The notes under the pieces: model-generated
The model's input: the letters and a program-made list of their open reading frames with translations, nothing else
Database searches by the model: none
Told to the model about the DNA's origin: nothing
DNA from: an uncultured Gammaproteobacteria bacterium
Lineage (GTDB): Bacteria; Pseudomonadota; Gammaproteobacteria; DRLM01
Reading direction: 5' to 3'
NCBI GenBank assembly: GCA_963729605.1
Contig: CAVSNY010000007.1
Span: 64,001 to 128,000, forward strand
Length of the DNA: 64,000 nt
Shown: piece after piece, positions 39,411 to 50,882 of the stretch
How positions within the stretch are numbered: position 1 is the stretch's first letter
How the letters are laid out: each line of letters opens with the position of its first letter
Made by a program: the position numbers and the translations under genes

Positions 39411-40019
39411 TTACTCGCCCGGGGTCCTGGGCGCACCGCCGCCAGGTTGCCAGTTCGCCACTTTCGCTGCTTCCTCGATTCCGGTTTCGTTCGGCTTCCC
39501 CTCATCGTCGGTCATGCCGAATTCCGCCGCATGTTCCCGCAGCCATTTTGCCAAGGCCTGTTTTGGATGTTTGCCGCCCGGATCAGTCACAGACTGCCAC
39601 GCCCGCACCGCCGCTGCCAATTTGGGGGCATAGCGTGGATTCTTCGGATTAAGATAGTCGGGAGCGTCGGTCGTCGCCGGAAAGAAAAAGCCCGATCGGA
39701 TACCGCGAGTTTCAAGCCATTGGCGCAGGGATTCAACATCTACCCTAGATTCCGCAAGGTCTATTGAATCATCGATTTCGCCGCATTTATGCCCGTTCAT
39801 GTCGTATTCGTAATTTGGGATCAGCCGCCCCTTGATAGCACCTCGCCGGAAAGCGTTTGCAATTGCCGTCTTAGCAGCTTCATACCCATGCGGCCTCTCA
39901 TGCATTTGCCAGTCTTCCGTATATCCGTTTTCTCCGCTTGGGTCACACTCGGCAAGCAATAGCGCTGCCTGAATGATGCTCAACTCATCACATAGCCGCC
40001 AGTAATCCAGGCTTTCCAT
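39411..40019 (-). CDS. Island hypothetical protein
   Basis: 202 aa ORF with GAGGGG RBS upstream of alpA; no function recognised. Confidence 0.75.
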   Translation of the reverse strand: MESLDYWRLCDELSIIQAALLLAECDPSGENGYTEDWQMHERPHGYEAAKTAIANAFRRGAIKGRLIPNYEYDMNGHKCGEIDDSIDLAESRVDVESLRQWLETRGIRSGFFFPATTDAPDYLNPKNPRYAPKLAAAVRAWQSVTDPGGKHPKQALAKWLREHAAEFGMTDDEGKPNETGIEEAAKVANWQPGGGAPRTPGE

Positions 40020-40141
40020 ATCGCCCCCTCAAGCCTCCCTTGGACCAAAACGCCACACCAGCCGGGCAAGGGTTTCCCGGGTTTCGCCTCAGGGATCAGC
40101 CTTGAACTAGATGCGGCAATATCGTTATGTCATCAGCGCGG

Positions 40142-43100
40142 TCAGATATCCAGTTTTGGCAAGGCTCTGACGATCTTCATTGTCTCTAGGCTCACGGTAA
40201 TCACACGCAGCAGCAGTTCCAACGGGTAGCGCGGGTTGCCCATGGTTTCCACAGCCCAGTGGTTAGCGTCGTTGGTGATGCCGCTGTCCTTGTCAATCTT
40301 GATGCACTGGCGTTCTATCACCCAGTCGATGGCGGGCTTGCCGTTGACTACATAGTCATAAGCCTCTAACGGAATGCCACTAACGGTGATTCGACTATCG
40401 TAGTGAATAGTGCTCAGGTCTTTATCCTTGCCTATCTTACCGTAGCGCATCTTCTCCACGCGGTAGTCGACGGCGGACAGCTTACCCGTTTCTCCCTCCA
40501 CCTTGGCGAGATACGGCGTGACAGTCTCGTAGTTCAGGTGCAAGTCGGCCAGCTTGCGACCCGCTTGCGAGAAGGCCCAGAAATCGGCTGCCTGCTTCAC
40601 GCACGGAATGCGCGGAAGCTCTTTGCTCAGGTTGTCAGCGTACCGCTCGCGGTAGTCGGCTGAATGCAACAGGCCATAGACGTAATAGAACACGTCTTCC
40701 TTGCCGATCTGCTCGCCGGGATACGCCGATTGGAAATGGGCCAGTCCTTTATCTGTCAGGGCATCGCGCCGCTTGAGCTTGACCGGCTCGGTGGCATCGG
40801 CTTCAAACAAGCCGGGCTGAGCGTCATCCTGCTCTTGCGCGACCTCGTCGTAGAGATAGAGGGGGAAGCATTGCGAGTCACCATTGGAATGCAGATCAGG
40901 AAGCCGGTTAGAAATCAATGCAATTTGCCCATCGCCAGTGTGCTTGGCATTGACCATGATGACCACGTTCTCTGCACCAGTCTCCGGAAAAATCCGAGGC
41001 ATCTGGTACACCATCTCGTTAAAACGGCGATTGAAATACATCCACTGCTTGGTATATGGCCTGTACAGGCCCTGCACCAAGCTGGATTCTTCAAAGCGGA
41101 ATTGGCGATTTTTGACCAGCTCCGATTTCAAGGATCGTGTCCAACTGATTTTTCTTGGATCAGCATCAATGAACACGTCCACCAACTCTGCTTTCGATTT
41201 GTTATGCAGTGCCGCATGGGCTTGGGCAAAGCGTTGCACTTCATGGTTGTAGAAGGCGATCATCCGCGACATATTTGATGCCACGGCGTTCTTTGAAGCG
41301 TTGTAGCACCAGCTATCACGGTTGGTCACAACGCCCAATGAGAAGTTGTCAAAGAGCTTGGCCGCATAGCCCTTTTTGTCGCCCAGCACAATGAACTCAC
41401 TGAAACTGTCCTCGCGTTGGTTCAGCCAGTCACCATGCTCATCAGGAACCACTGTTTGCCAAGCCCCAGCCTGCCCGATACCTGCCACGCTGCCGTAATT
41501 TGCTACCTTGGCCAACTTGTCTTCCCGACTCAGGTAGTCGCCAATGTCGTGGAATCGAATCTGGCCGTGCTGCGCTGCCTTGGGATTCTTGACCAGCAAT
41601 GGAGATGGCGATTGGCGCGCGGCTACCGCTGCCAAAGATCTTGCCGCCTTCCTTGCGCGAAAGCTCCCCAGCAGTGCGCTGATTCCCCCGCAGGTGGAAC
41701 ACATAGATGCTGGAGAACTCCTCCGCCAGACACTTGCGCAGGCCATCGGCGGTATTGGCTTCCAAGAACCCGGCATTAGTCACAAAGCCGATCACCCCTT
41801 TGTCACCCACTCGGTCACTTGCCCAGCGGATGGCGCGGATGTAACTGTCATACAAGCCTTTGGAGAGAGTGGCTTGGCTCCGCGCGGCATAAGTGCTGCG
41901 GATGCGTTCGTCGAGGTGCGAGTAGGCCACGTTGTGGTTGTTGTCGTTCTCGCTCTTCTGTCCGATGGAATACGGCGGGTTGCCGATGATGACGCGAATG
42001 TCCAGCTTCTTCTGTCGTTTGCGTCGGGCACTGTTGTCTTCCAGTACGGCATCTACGGCAGGTCTTCCTTCTCGTACATCTGAAAGGTGTCGGTCAGGCA
42101 GATGCCTTCGAACGGCTGATACTTGCCGCCTACGATGCCGTGATAGACGGCCTCGATGTTGATGGCGGCGATGTAGTAGGCGAGCAGCACGATTTCGTTG
42201 GCGTGGATTTCGTGCTTGTACTTGTGCGGCAGTTCCTCAGGAGCGATCAGGCCGCTTTGCAGCAGGCGGGTGATGAAGGTGCCGGTGCCGGTGAAGGGGT
42301 CGATGATGTGGACGCCCTTGCTGCCCAGCGTCTGCGCCGAACTCAGTTTGCAGGATGTGGTTGACGCTGTGGATGATGAAGTCCACCACCTCCACCGGCG
42401 TGTAGACGATGCCCAGCCGACTCGGTCATCTTCGGAAAGGCGTTGCGGAAGAACTTGTCGTACAGCTCCACGACGATCTTCTGCTTGCCGATGGCGTTGT
42501 CGATGCCTTCGGCGCGCAGTCTTCACGCTGTCATAGAAAGCCTGCAGCGTGTCGGCTTCCTTATCCAGGCGGTGCTCCTGCAGCACGTCCAGCACACCCT
42601 GCATGGCCTTGCACATGGGGTTGTGCTGAGCGAAGCTGTAATCGCTGAACAAGGCATCGAACACGGGCTTGGTGATCAGGTGCTGGGCCAGCATCTCGAT
42701 GATCTCGCCATCGGTGATGCTGTCGTTCAGGTCATCGCGCAGTTCCTTGGCAAAGTCATTGAACGCTTCACGCTCGGCTTCATGCGTCGGGTCTTCCAGG
42801 ATGGCCCTGATGCGGTCGATGTGGGTACGGGCGATCTTCGCGATGTCATTGGCCCAGTCTTCCCAATGGTGGCGGTTACCCACCTTCTGCACCAGCTTGG
42901 CGTAGATGGCTTTTTCGATCTCGCCAATCTCGAATTGCAGATCGTGCTGGTCTTCCTTGGTGTAACGCTTCGGAGCCGGTTCGCCAATGGTGAAGCCGCC
43001 CTTGCCAGCATCGCCATTGGTCTTGCCAGCCGGGGCCTTGGTTTGCTTTTTCTGCACCTTGTCGGTGATGGCGATGACTTCCATCTTGCTGGTGTCGCGG

Positions 43101-45065
43101 CCAATCAGGTCCAGCTTGTTGACCATCGCATCAAAACGGTCATCGTGTGAGCGCAGGGCTTGCAGCACCTGCCAGACAACGGCGTAAGTCTTGTTGTCGT
43201 TCAGCGCCTCGTGCGGCTCCACGCCAGCCGGGATGACTACGGGCAGGATCACATAGCCACGCTTCTTGCCCGGCGCGTTTCGCATGACGCGGCCCACGGA
43301 CTGCACCACGTCCACTTGGGAGTTGCGCGGGGTGAGAAAGAGCACGGCGTCCAGCGCAGGCACGTCTACGCCTTCGGACAGGCAACGCACGTTGCTCAGG
43401 ATGCGGCAGGTGTCGGCTGGAGGTTCGGCCTTCAGCCATGCGAGTTTTTCTTCCTTCTCGCTGGCGTTCATGCTGCCGTCCACGTGCTCTGCCTCGCAGG
43501 CCAACGTGGCGGCAGTGTTGTCGTCCTCGGTGTTCCTGGTAAGCCTCCACCACGGACTTAAACATCTTCGCGATGTTCTTGGAGCTGACTTTGTGGGTCT
43601 TGGCTCCCTTGCTGACTTCGATGACCTGGCAGAAGGCTACAGCCCGCTTCATGGGGTCGTGGTCATCGATCAGATCGTCGCTCAGTCCCTGCTTGGACAG
43701 AGCTTTCCAGCAGCCGACGATCTTGGCCGCGTCGTCCACCTTGAGCTGGTTGTTCTCGTCCTTCAGCAGGCTTTGCAGGCGGCGGTTGATATGAGTTTCT
43801 TCCACCGACAGGACAATGACCTTGTAGTCGACCAGCAGGCCACGCTTAACCGCCTCAGAAAACGTAATGACGTACAACTCCTCGCCATAGAGTGCCTTAT
43901 CGTCCATTGAACACAAGGCCACGTTGTCGCGCTCTGCTGTAGCTTTGGCGCTGTCGCCATAGATGCGCGGAGTTGCAGTCATGTAGAGCCGCTTGGCGGC
44001 CTTGATGAAATTGGCATCATGCACCTTTACGAAATTGCTTTCGTCCTCGTCGCCAAAGGTGGCGCCGGTGGTGCGGTGCGCCTCATCACACACGATCAGC
44101 TCAAAGTCGGCTAGGCCATGCGCTTTTTGAGCCTGGCTGATGACATCAATCGAGTGGTAGGTGCTGAACACCACACTCATGTGCTCGCCATCGTGGCGCC
44201 TGGCCATTTCCGCCGCCAGCCGGGCGGGCTGGGTGGTGGCGGGGTAGCGCAGCTCGTGGGTGAACGTCTGTACGGTGTCGTCATCCTTCTTGCGCTTCTT
44301 GCCCACGTCGCTGTCAGAACAGACGGCAAAACTGTGCAGAGGGATGCCACTTTCCTGAGTCCATTCGGTCAGGGTCTGGGACAGCAGGGACAGGCTGGGG
44401 ACGAGGAAGAGCACGCGCTTTCCTTTGCCCGCTTGAGCCTCGGCAATTTTCAGGCTGGTAAGGGTTTTACCCGTACCGCAGGCCATGATGAGCTTACCCC
44501 GGTTAGCAGTCTGGAACCCCTTCAGGGTGGCATTCAGTGCATTGGTCTGATGGGGGCGTAGCGTCTTGGCGGCCTTGATGACCACGGCCTTCTTGGGCTG
44601 GTACTGCGCCCAGTCGATTTGGCTGTTTTCCAGGTCGAAAAGGTCGATCTTGCTGACGGGGGGCTGCTGGTCTCGCAGGGCATCTTCGGCGTGTTCGCTC
44701 CAATGCAGGCAAGTGCTGACGATGATGCGATGGGTGAACGGTTTTTTGCCCGAAGCAGTGAAGAAGCTGTCGATGTCGCTTTTTTGCGGCTTGTAGTCTT
44801 CGGCGTACAGCTTGCATTGGATGGCGTGATATTCCCCCGTACCTTGCGTTTTGGCGACCAGATCAATCCCAGCATCACGCCCATCCAGTCCTTGAAGCTT
44901 GGCCCAATCGGCATAAGTCCAGACATCGCTGTAGAGGTCACGATAGGTGGCCTCGTTGCGTAGGTAGCTCACGATCAGCTCTTCAAAGTAAGTGCCTTTT
45001 TCGCGCTCGGTTTGCGCGGCTTGTCTGAAATTGTCGAGTAATTGGGTCAGTGCTGTCTGTGCCAT
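40142..45065 (-). pseudogene. Type ISP restriction-modification enzyme (Mrr-like nuclease + SF2 helicase + N6-adenine MTase + TRD), about 6 frameshifts as sequenced
   Basis: IDLVA..AIQCK nuclease; CGTGKT, DEAHRT, QSVGRVMR helicase; DPFTGTGTF and GNPPY MTase; C-terminal YRPY..KELPRIP. Pieces join after removing small indels. Confidence 0.88.
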
Positions 45066-45122
45066 GAATTTATGTCTAGTTGTTTTGAGTTATTTTTCGC
45101 AGATTTTGGCTCGCACCTACCG

Positions 45123-46451
45123 TCACGCCGCTTGATAGGCTTTACCAAAAGGCCCGATGATGACTTTGCCGCCTCCGTCCTGTATCTGACTATCTACGAA
45201 GTCGGCCCACCATTGCAGCATTTCGCGTCGCTGGTCCGCATACTGCGCCCGGTTGTAGACGCCCCGGATGCCCTTGGTTTCATGGGCAAGGCATTTCTCG
45301 ATCCAGTCTGAATTGAAACCCGCCTCATGCAAATGGGTTGAGGCTGTGCGCCGAAAGTCATGAATTACGAAATCGCGAACGTCGATTTCCAATGAGCGGA
45401 CAACGTGATTCAGTGTACTATGTGCGATAGCTTGATTCAGATCGCCGCGACTTGGGAATACCCATTCCGAACCGCTTGCCAGAGTTTTTAGCTCTTCGAA
45501 CATCGCGAGCGCCTGACGGGATAAATGGACAAGATGAGGCTTGTCCTTTTTCATCCTCTCGGCGGGGATTGCCCATTCTCCCTTCTCCAAGTCTAGCTCG
45601 GCCCATTTCGCGCCGATAAGCTCCCCCTTGCGGACCATGCACAGAATCAGTAAATGCAGTGCCAGCTTGTACGCCCGTTTCATGCTGGATTGGTAAATCG
45701 CCCTTAGCAACTTACCCACCTCTTCCGAGGTGAGCGCTACGTCCCGGCTCTTGGCTTGGGCAATGAATTTCGCCTCGATAGCCGCCGCTGGATTGAATTG
45801 GGTTTTCTCCCGCGCAATGGCGTAGGCGAAAAGCCGTTTCATCACGTTGCGAGTTTGTAGTGCCATTTGATCGGCACCGCGATTCTTGATCCTGTCGGTA
45901 ATTGCCAAAATGTCGGTTACGGTCACGTCGGCAACGTGCTTGCTGCCAATCGCCGGGATCACGTCCTTTTCAAGAACGCGTTTGATGTTTCTGGGGTTAC
46001 TGTTGGCTGGCTCCACGATCTCGGCGTACCAGCGCCGCGAAAAGGCCTCCATCGTGTCGGCTTCCCTTGCGGCCGCTTCATTGACTTTACCCTTCTCCCG
46101 GGTTTTCAAGCACCAATCTCGGATGAAGGCTTGTGCCAATTCCTTCGCGGCAGGAGCGGCATCTGGGGGGATGACGTCACCGCGCTTTAACGCCATAGGG
46201 GATAGTCCGCGTCTTGCCAGCGCCTTGCACGCATCCCGCCATGTCCGGGCTTCGGCCAAGGCGTAGGTTGGGTAGTCACCCAATGTGATTTTTTCCTGCT
46301 TGCTGCCACGACCGCCTAAACGGTAGCGAAGTCGGAATGTCTTGGTCCCGCCGGGTTGTACTTCTACGAATAACCCACCCTCGTCCGCCTCCTGATAGGC
46401 CTTGTCAGCGAGCTTCAGGTTTCGCAACCTGGTATCAGATAGCGCCATCAT
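45123..46451 (-). CDS. Tyrosine integrase with arm-DNA-binding domain (P4-like)
   Basis: N-terminal GGLFVEV..LGDYP arm domain; catalytic R (VRKGE), HDFRRT, LAH, VYN. Confidence 0.94.
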   Translation of the reverse strand: MMALSDTRLRNLKLADKAYQEADEGGLFVEVQPGGTKTFRLRYRLGGRGSKQEKITLGDYPTYALAEARTWRDACKALARRGLSPMALKRGDVIPPDAAPAAKELAQAFIRDWCLKTREKGKVNEAAAREADTMEAFSRRWYAEIVEPANSNPRNIKRVLEKDVIPAIGSKHVADVTVTDILAITDRIKNRGADQMALQTRNVMKRLFAYAIAREKTQFNPAAAIEAKFIAQAKSRDVALTSEEVGKLLRAIYQSSMKRAYKLALHLLILCMVRKGELIGAKWAELDLEKGEWAIPAERMKKDKPHLVHLSRQALAMFEELKTLASGSEWVFPSRGDLNQAIAHSTLNHVVRSLEIDVRDFVIHDFRRTASTHLHEAGFNSDWIEKCLAHETKGIRGVYNRAQYADQRREMLQWWADFVDSQIQDGGGKVIIGPFGKAYQAA

Positions 46452-46472
46452 TCACCCCCCTTCCGCCATTGC

Positions 46473-46684
46473 GTGTGCCCACGAAAATCACCCTCATCTT
46501 GGGCACACCGTTTCACCTTAGGCGCACGGCCAAAAGCTTTATCTGGTGCGCCTCTCAGGGTGATTTACCCTCCTACTTACCCATAAAAAAGTGGTTTCTC
46601 CACTCTTAAAAAACTGCTATAAGGCACACGACCTCGGTATCATGGGCACACGTTATCTCATGTTGGGCACACATATGGGCACAC
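46473..46684. repeat. Cluster of TGGGCACAC arm-type sites (right end)
   Basis: Copies at 46473 (inverted), 46500, 46643, 46664 and 46676. Confidence 0.7.
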
Positions 46685-46726
46685 ATTTAAGCGGATTTGT
46701 GTGGAACATGCAAGCCAGCTTAGGAA

Positions 46727-46756
46727 CAATAATCCCGCAGACATGCGGGATTATTG
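46727..46756 (-). terminator. Hairpin terminator downstream of mnmE
   Basis: CAATAATCCCGCA-GACA-TGCGGGATTATTG perfect 13 bp stem. Confidence 0.6.
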
Positions 46757-46796
46757 AGTAATTTGCGGTAGACTACGGACTGTGCTGGACTGATCG

Positions 46797-48146
46797 CTAT
46801 TTTCCGATACAAAATTCGGCGAAGATGCGCCCCAACAAATCCTCATTGGTAAATTCGCCGGTGATCTCGCTCAAGGCCTGTTGCGCCAGGCGTAAGTCTT
46901 CGGCGAGTAATTCGCCGGCGCGCCGTTGGTGCAGCGAGTTCTGGCCTTGTAATAAAAAGGCATCGGCGCGGCGCAAGGCGTCGAGGTGGCGACGGCGCGC
47001 CATGAACACCCCTTCGCCGCCGCGATAACCCATTTGTTCGGCGAGGCGGCGCTTGAGTAAGTCGATGCCCGCGCCGTGTTTGGCGGAGAGCGCGACATGA
47101 TCGCCGACCTCGTCTTCCCATTGCGCCGCCGCACGGCCGCTCAAATCGATCTTGTTGTGCACCACGGTCACCGGCAAATTCTCCGGCATCCGCTGCAATA
47201 TCGCGCGGTCCTCGTCGCCCACGCCGGCGTGATCGTCCACCACCAGCAGAACGCGATCGGCGCGGACGATCTCCGCCCAGGCGCGTTGGATGCCTTGCGT
47301 CTCCACCGGGTCGGCGCTCTCGCGCAGACCAGCGGTATCGACGATATGCAGCGGCAGACCGTCAATGTGAATATGTTCGCGCAACACGTCGCGGGTGGTG
47401 CCGGGGATGTCGGTGACGATGGCGGTGTCGCGTTGCGCGAGTTGATTGAGCAGACTCGACTTGCCGGCATTGGGACGGCCCGCGATTACCAGCGTCATGC
47501 CGTCGCGCAGCAAGCGGCCTTGTTCGCCGGTTTTTAACAAGGCGTCGACGTCGGCGCCGAGGCCTTGCAATACGTCGGCGACGTGGCCGTCGGAGAGAAA
47601 ATCGATCTCTTCTTCCGGAAAGTCGATGGCGGACTCGACGTACATACGCAAACGAATCAGCCGTTCCACCAGGGCGCGCACCGCCGTAGAGAATTCACCT
47701 TCCAGAGAGCGCAGCGCGGAACGCGCCGCGGCATGAGAGCTGCTGTCGATGAGATCGGCCACCGCCTCGGCCTGCGCCAAATCCAATTTGCCGTTGAGGA
47801 AGGCGCGTTCGGTGAATTCGCCGGGCCGCGCCGGGCGCGCGCCGAGACTCAGCACCCGTTGCAGCAAAAGATCCATCACCATGGGACCGCCGTGGCCGTG
47901 CAGCTCCAGCACGTGTTCGCCGGTGTAGGAATGGGGCGCGGGAAAATACAGGGCGAGGCCGTGATCGATGGCGCCGCCGTCGGCGGCGCGGAAGCTACGG
48001 TAATCGGCGTAACGCGGTTGGGGGACGCGGCCCAGCAATGCGGTGGCGATGCCGTTCACCAGAGGACCGGAGATACGCAGCATGCCCACGCCGCCCCTGC
48101 CGGGAGGCGTGGCCACGGCGGCGATGGTGTCGCTGGGATGATCCAT
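46797..48146 (-). CDS. mnmE: tRNA modification GTPase
   Basis: [29 protein letters not shown]-terminus. Confidence 0.97.
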   Translation of the reverse strand: MDHPSDTIAAVATPPGRGGVGMLRISGPLVNGIATALLGRVPQPRYADYRSFRAADGGAIDHGLALYFPAPHSYTGEHVLELHGHGGPMVMDLLLQRVLSLGARPARPGEFTERAFLNGKLDLAQAEAVADLIDSSSHAAARSALRSLEGEFSTAVRALVERLIRLRMYVESAIDFPEEEIDFLSDGHVADVLQGLGADVDALLKTGEQGRLLRDGMTLVIAGRPNAGKSSLLNQLAQRDTAIVTDIPGTTRDVLREHIHIDGLPLHIVDTAGLRESADPVETQGIQRAWAEIVRADRVLLVVDDHAGVGDEDRAILQRMPENLPVTVVHNKIDLSGRAAAQWEDEVGDHVALSAKHGAGIDLLKRRLAEQMGYRGGEGVFMARRRHLDALRRADAFLLQGQNSLHQRRAGELLAEDLRLAQQALSEITGEFTNEDLLGRIFAEFCIGK

Positions 48147-48189
48147 GGTTCACCCTGCACCGGCGCGCCCGCGAAGGGGCGCCGTGAAA

Positions 48190-49857
48190 TTAGGCCTTGG
48201 CCTTGGCGGCGGCCGCCTCGACGCGGCGGGTAATGTACCACTGCTGCGCGATGGACAGAATATTGTTCACCACCCAGTACAGCACCAGCCCCGACGGGAA
48301 GAACGCGAAGAACAGCGTGAACACGAAGGGCAGCGCCATGAAGATCTTCGCCTGCAGGGGATCCGGCGGCGGCGGATTGAGTTTTTGCTGGATATACATG
48401 GTGGCGCCCATGATCAAGGGCAGCACGTAGTACGGATCCTTGGTGGAGAGATCCTGCAGCCACAGGATGAACGGTGCCTGGCGCAGCTCCGCGCTTTCCA
48501 GCAATACCCAGTACAAGGCGATGAACACCGGGATCTGGACCAGGATGGGCAGGCAGCCGCCGAGCGGGTTGATCTTCTCTTTTTTATAGAGCTCCATCAT
48601 CGCCTGGCTCATGCGCTGGCGATCGTCGCCGTAACGCTCTTTCAGCTGCGTGAGTTTGGGCGCGAGGCGGCGCATGTTCGCCATGGATTTGTAGCTGGCC
48701 TCTGACAACTTGTAGAACACCAGCTTGATGAGCAGGGTGAGAATGATGATGGCCCAACCCCAGTTGTTCACTATGCCGTGCACGAACTCCAGCACCCAGA
48801 ACAGCGGTTTCGCGATGATGGTCAAGAAGCCGTAGTCCACGGTCAGTTCCAGACGCGGGGCGACGGTTTCGAGCCGGTTTTGCAGCTTGGGGCCGACGAA
48901 CAGTTTCGAACTGAAGTTACCGCTGGCGCCCGGGGCGAGCGTACTTACCGGCGTCACCATGCCCAATACGTAACGGCCTTCGCCCAGGGCCTTACCGTAG
49001 GCCTGATTGACCTGGTCTTGAGACGACGGCACCCAGGCGGCCACGAAATAATGCTGGATCATCGCGGCCCAGCCGCCTTTGATCTCTTTGTTGAAATTGC
49101 CGCCGTCCATGTCGTCGAACGAGACTTTTTTATATTTGTCCTCTTCGCTCGACACCACGCCGCCGGTGTAGGTGTAGATGAGCGCCGATTCGCGTTCGGT
49201 GCGGCTGCGCTGGAATTGGCGGTAGAAACGCCCATTCCACGGCTCGGCGCCGCCGTTCACCACGTCATGGTTGACGTCGATCAGATAATCGCCGCGGTGA
49301 AAAACGTAAGTCTTGGTGACGGTGACGCCGTTCTCGCCGGTCCAGTGCAGCGGGACCCGCAACTCGTCGGCGCCGTCGGCCAATCGGTATTCGGCTTGTT
49401 CGGCGGTATACAGCGCGTGATGGTCGGGGGCGGCCGACGACGCCAACAACCCCGATTGCGCCACGAATATCTCGGTGCCGCCGTCGGTCAGCAACCGGAA
49501 GGGCTCGTTGGGTTTGTCCACCGCCACCGGGTAGGCGGTGAGATCCACTTGCCGCAGGTCGCCGCCCACGGTATCGATCTCTATCGTATAAAGATCGGTG
49601 ACGACCCGAACACGCTGGCCCTTCCTCAATACCGATCCCTCGCCCGGCAGGGCGGCGGTTATCGCGGGGACATCGCCGGTCGCGGTGGCGCTGGCGCCCG
49701 CGGAGGCGGCGGCGCTGGGTACGTCGCTCGCGGCGGGCGGGGTGGTGGTGGCAACGGGCGCGGCGGGCGGCTTATTGTAGTCGGCTTGCCACGCGTCCCA
49801 AAGCAGGATCACGACCACGCTGAGGGCGGCGAATAAAATGAGACGTTTGTTTTCCAT
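48190..49857 (-). CDS. yidC: Membrane protein insertase
   Basis: NPLGGCLPILVQIPVF, GLVLYW. Confidence 0.97.
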   Translation of the reverse strand: MENKRLILFAALSVVVILLWDAWQADYNKPPAAPVATTTPPAASDVPSAAASAGASATATGDVPAITAALPGEGSVLRKGQRVRVVTDLYTIEIDTVGGDLRQVDLTAYPVAVDKPNEPFRLLTDGGTEIFVAQSGLLASSAAPDHHALYTAEQAEYRLADGADELRVPLHWTGENGVTVTKTYVFHRGDYLIDVNHDVVNGGAEPWNGRFYRQFQRSRTERESALIYTYTGGVVSSEEDKYKKVSFDDMDGGNFNKEIKGGWAAMIQHYFVAAWVPSSQDQVNQAYGKALGEGRYVLGMVTPVSTLAPGASGNFSSKLFVGPKLQNRLETVAPRLELTVDYGFLTIIAKPLFWVLEFVHGIVNNWGWAIIILTLLIKLVFYKLSEASYKSMANMRRLAPKLTQLKERYGDDRQRMSQAMMELYKKEKINPLGGCLPILVQIPVFIALYWVLLESAELRQAPFILWLQDLSTKDPYYVLPLIMGATMYIQQKLNPPPPDPLQAKIFMALPFVFTLFFAFFPSGLVLYWVVNNILSIAQQWYITRRVEAAAAKAKA

Positions 49858-49859
49858 TT

Positions 49860-50090
49860 TTAGGCGTGCCGGTGAGTTTTTTCAGGAACGGGGTCGCAAC
49901 CGCCGGGATGCCAGGGATGACAACGCGACAGTCGGCGCACGGTCAACCAACTGCCTTTGAGGAAGCCATGCTCGGCGACCGCGGTCTCGGCATAAGAGGA
50001 GCAACTCGGATAAAAACGGCAATGACTGCCCATGAGGGGGCTGATGCCGTAACGATAGGCGCGAATGAGGATGATCAGGACCTTGCCCAT
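49860..50090 (-). CDS. yidD: Membrane protein insertion efficiency factor
   Basis: [21 protein letters not shown]. Confidence 0.93.
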   Translation of the reverse strand: MGKVLIILIRAYRYGISPLMGSHCRFYPSCSSYAETAVAEHGFLKGSWLTVRRLSRCHPWHPGGCDPVPEKTHRHA

Positions 50091-50437
50091 TGCTCCAGTT
50101 TCTTCCAATGTTCTTCCAGCTTGGCCCGCAACTGCGGGTTGGTTTGCTGAATCGCGGGGGCCTTGCCTATGACCACGATATCCAAGCCGGCGAGATCTTT
50201 CGTGTGGTGGCGAAAGCTTTCCCGGATAACACGTTTTAGTCGATTGCGGTCCACGGCCTTGCGCGCGCAGCGGGTCGAGATGACCAGGCCCAGCCGCGGT
50301 TGGTCGCCGGTATTGGTTCGCGCCAATACCGTAAACCCGCTGGAACCGCTGCGGTAAGCCTGATCGAAAACCCGCTGAAATTCGCTAGCCTTGACCAGCC
50401 TGTTGCGCCGGGAAAAACTTCGACGATCACCACCCAA
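50075..50437 (-). CDS. rnpA: Ribonuclease P protein component
   Basis: [19 protein letters not shown] motif. Confidence 0.93.
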   Translation of the reverse strand: MGGDRRSFSRRNRLVKASEFQRVFDQAYRSGSSGFTVLARTNTGDQPRLGLVISTRCARKAVDRNRLKRVIRESFRHHTKDLAGLDIVVIGKAPAIQQTNPQLRAKLEEHWKKLEQWARS

Positions 50438-50454
50438 CGTTGCGCGCGGCGTTG

Positions 50455-50589
50455 TCAGGGGGTAAGACGTACCCGCCCCTTCGCCCGGCGGTTTTTCAAA
50501 ATCTGGCGTCCCTTGGCGGTGCGCATGCGGGCGCGGAAGCCGTGGGTGCGTTTGCGGTGAATCACGCTGGGTTGAAAGGTTCTTTTCAT
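50455..50589 (-). CDS. rpmH: 50S ribosomal protein L34 (below ORF-track length cutoff)
   Basis: [44 protein letters not shown]. Confidence 0.96.
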   Translation of the reverse strand: MKRTFQPSVIHRKRTHGFRARMRTAKGRQILKNRRAKGRVRLTP

Positions 50590-50793
50590 AGCACTGTCCG
50601 TCTAAAATCGAGGTTTACCACACACCGCCCGGCGGGATGATCGCATGCGTCGGCCCGTGATCCGCCGCTAATAAAAGCCGTCGGCGACGAGTCTAAGCCA
50701 TTGCCACCGGGGGCCAGGCGGAAAGCGCGCTAGGGTAACGAGTTTGGTCGAAGACTGTCAATAGCGACGGCGGGGCCAACCGGCGTTGAGGGG

Positions 50794-50802
50794 TGTGGAT
50801 AA
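50794..50802 (-). promoter_or_regulatory. DnaA box in dnaA promoter region
   Basis: Perfect TTATCCACA on the minus strand. Confidence 0.75.
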
Positions 50803-50882
50803 CTTGAATCAAGAGGTATAGACTGCTTCGCTCGCGGTAGTGTGTGGCCTGATAAATTCGTGGGGCGAAGGGGGACTGGTGC

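Larger units (their letters stand above)
34997..46822. mobile_element. Integrative genomic island at 3' end of mnmE (trmE)
   Basis: Imperfect direct repeat 34997-35014 / 46805-46822 (14/18); integrase next to mnmE; TGGGCACAC arm sites inside both ends; AlpA and primase; lower GC. Confidence 0.88.
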
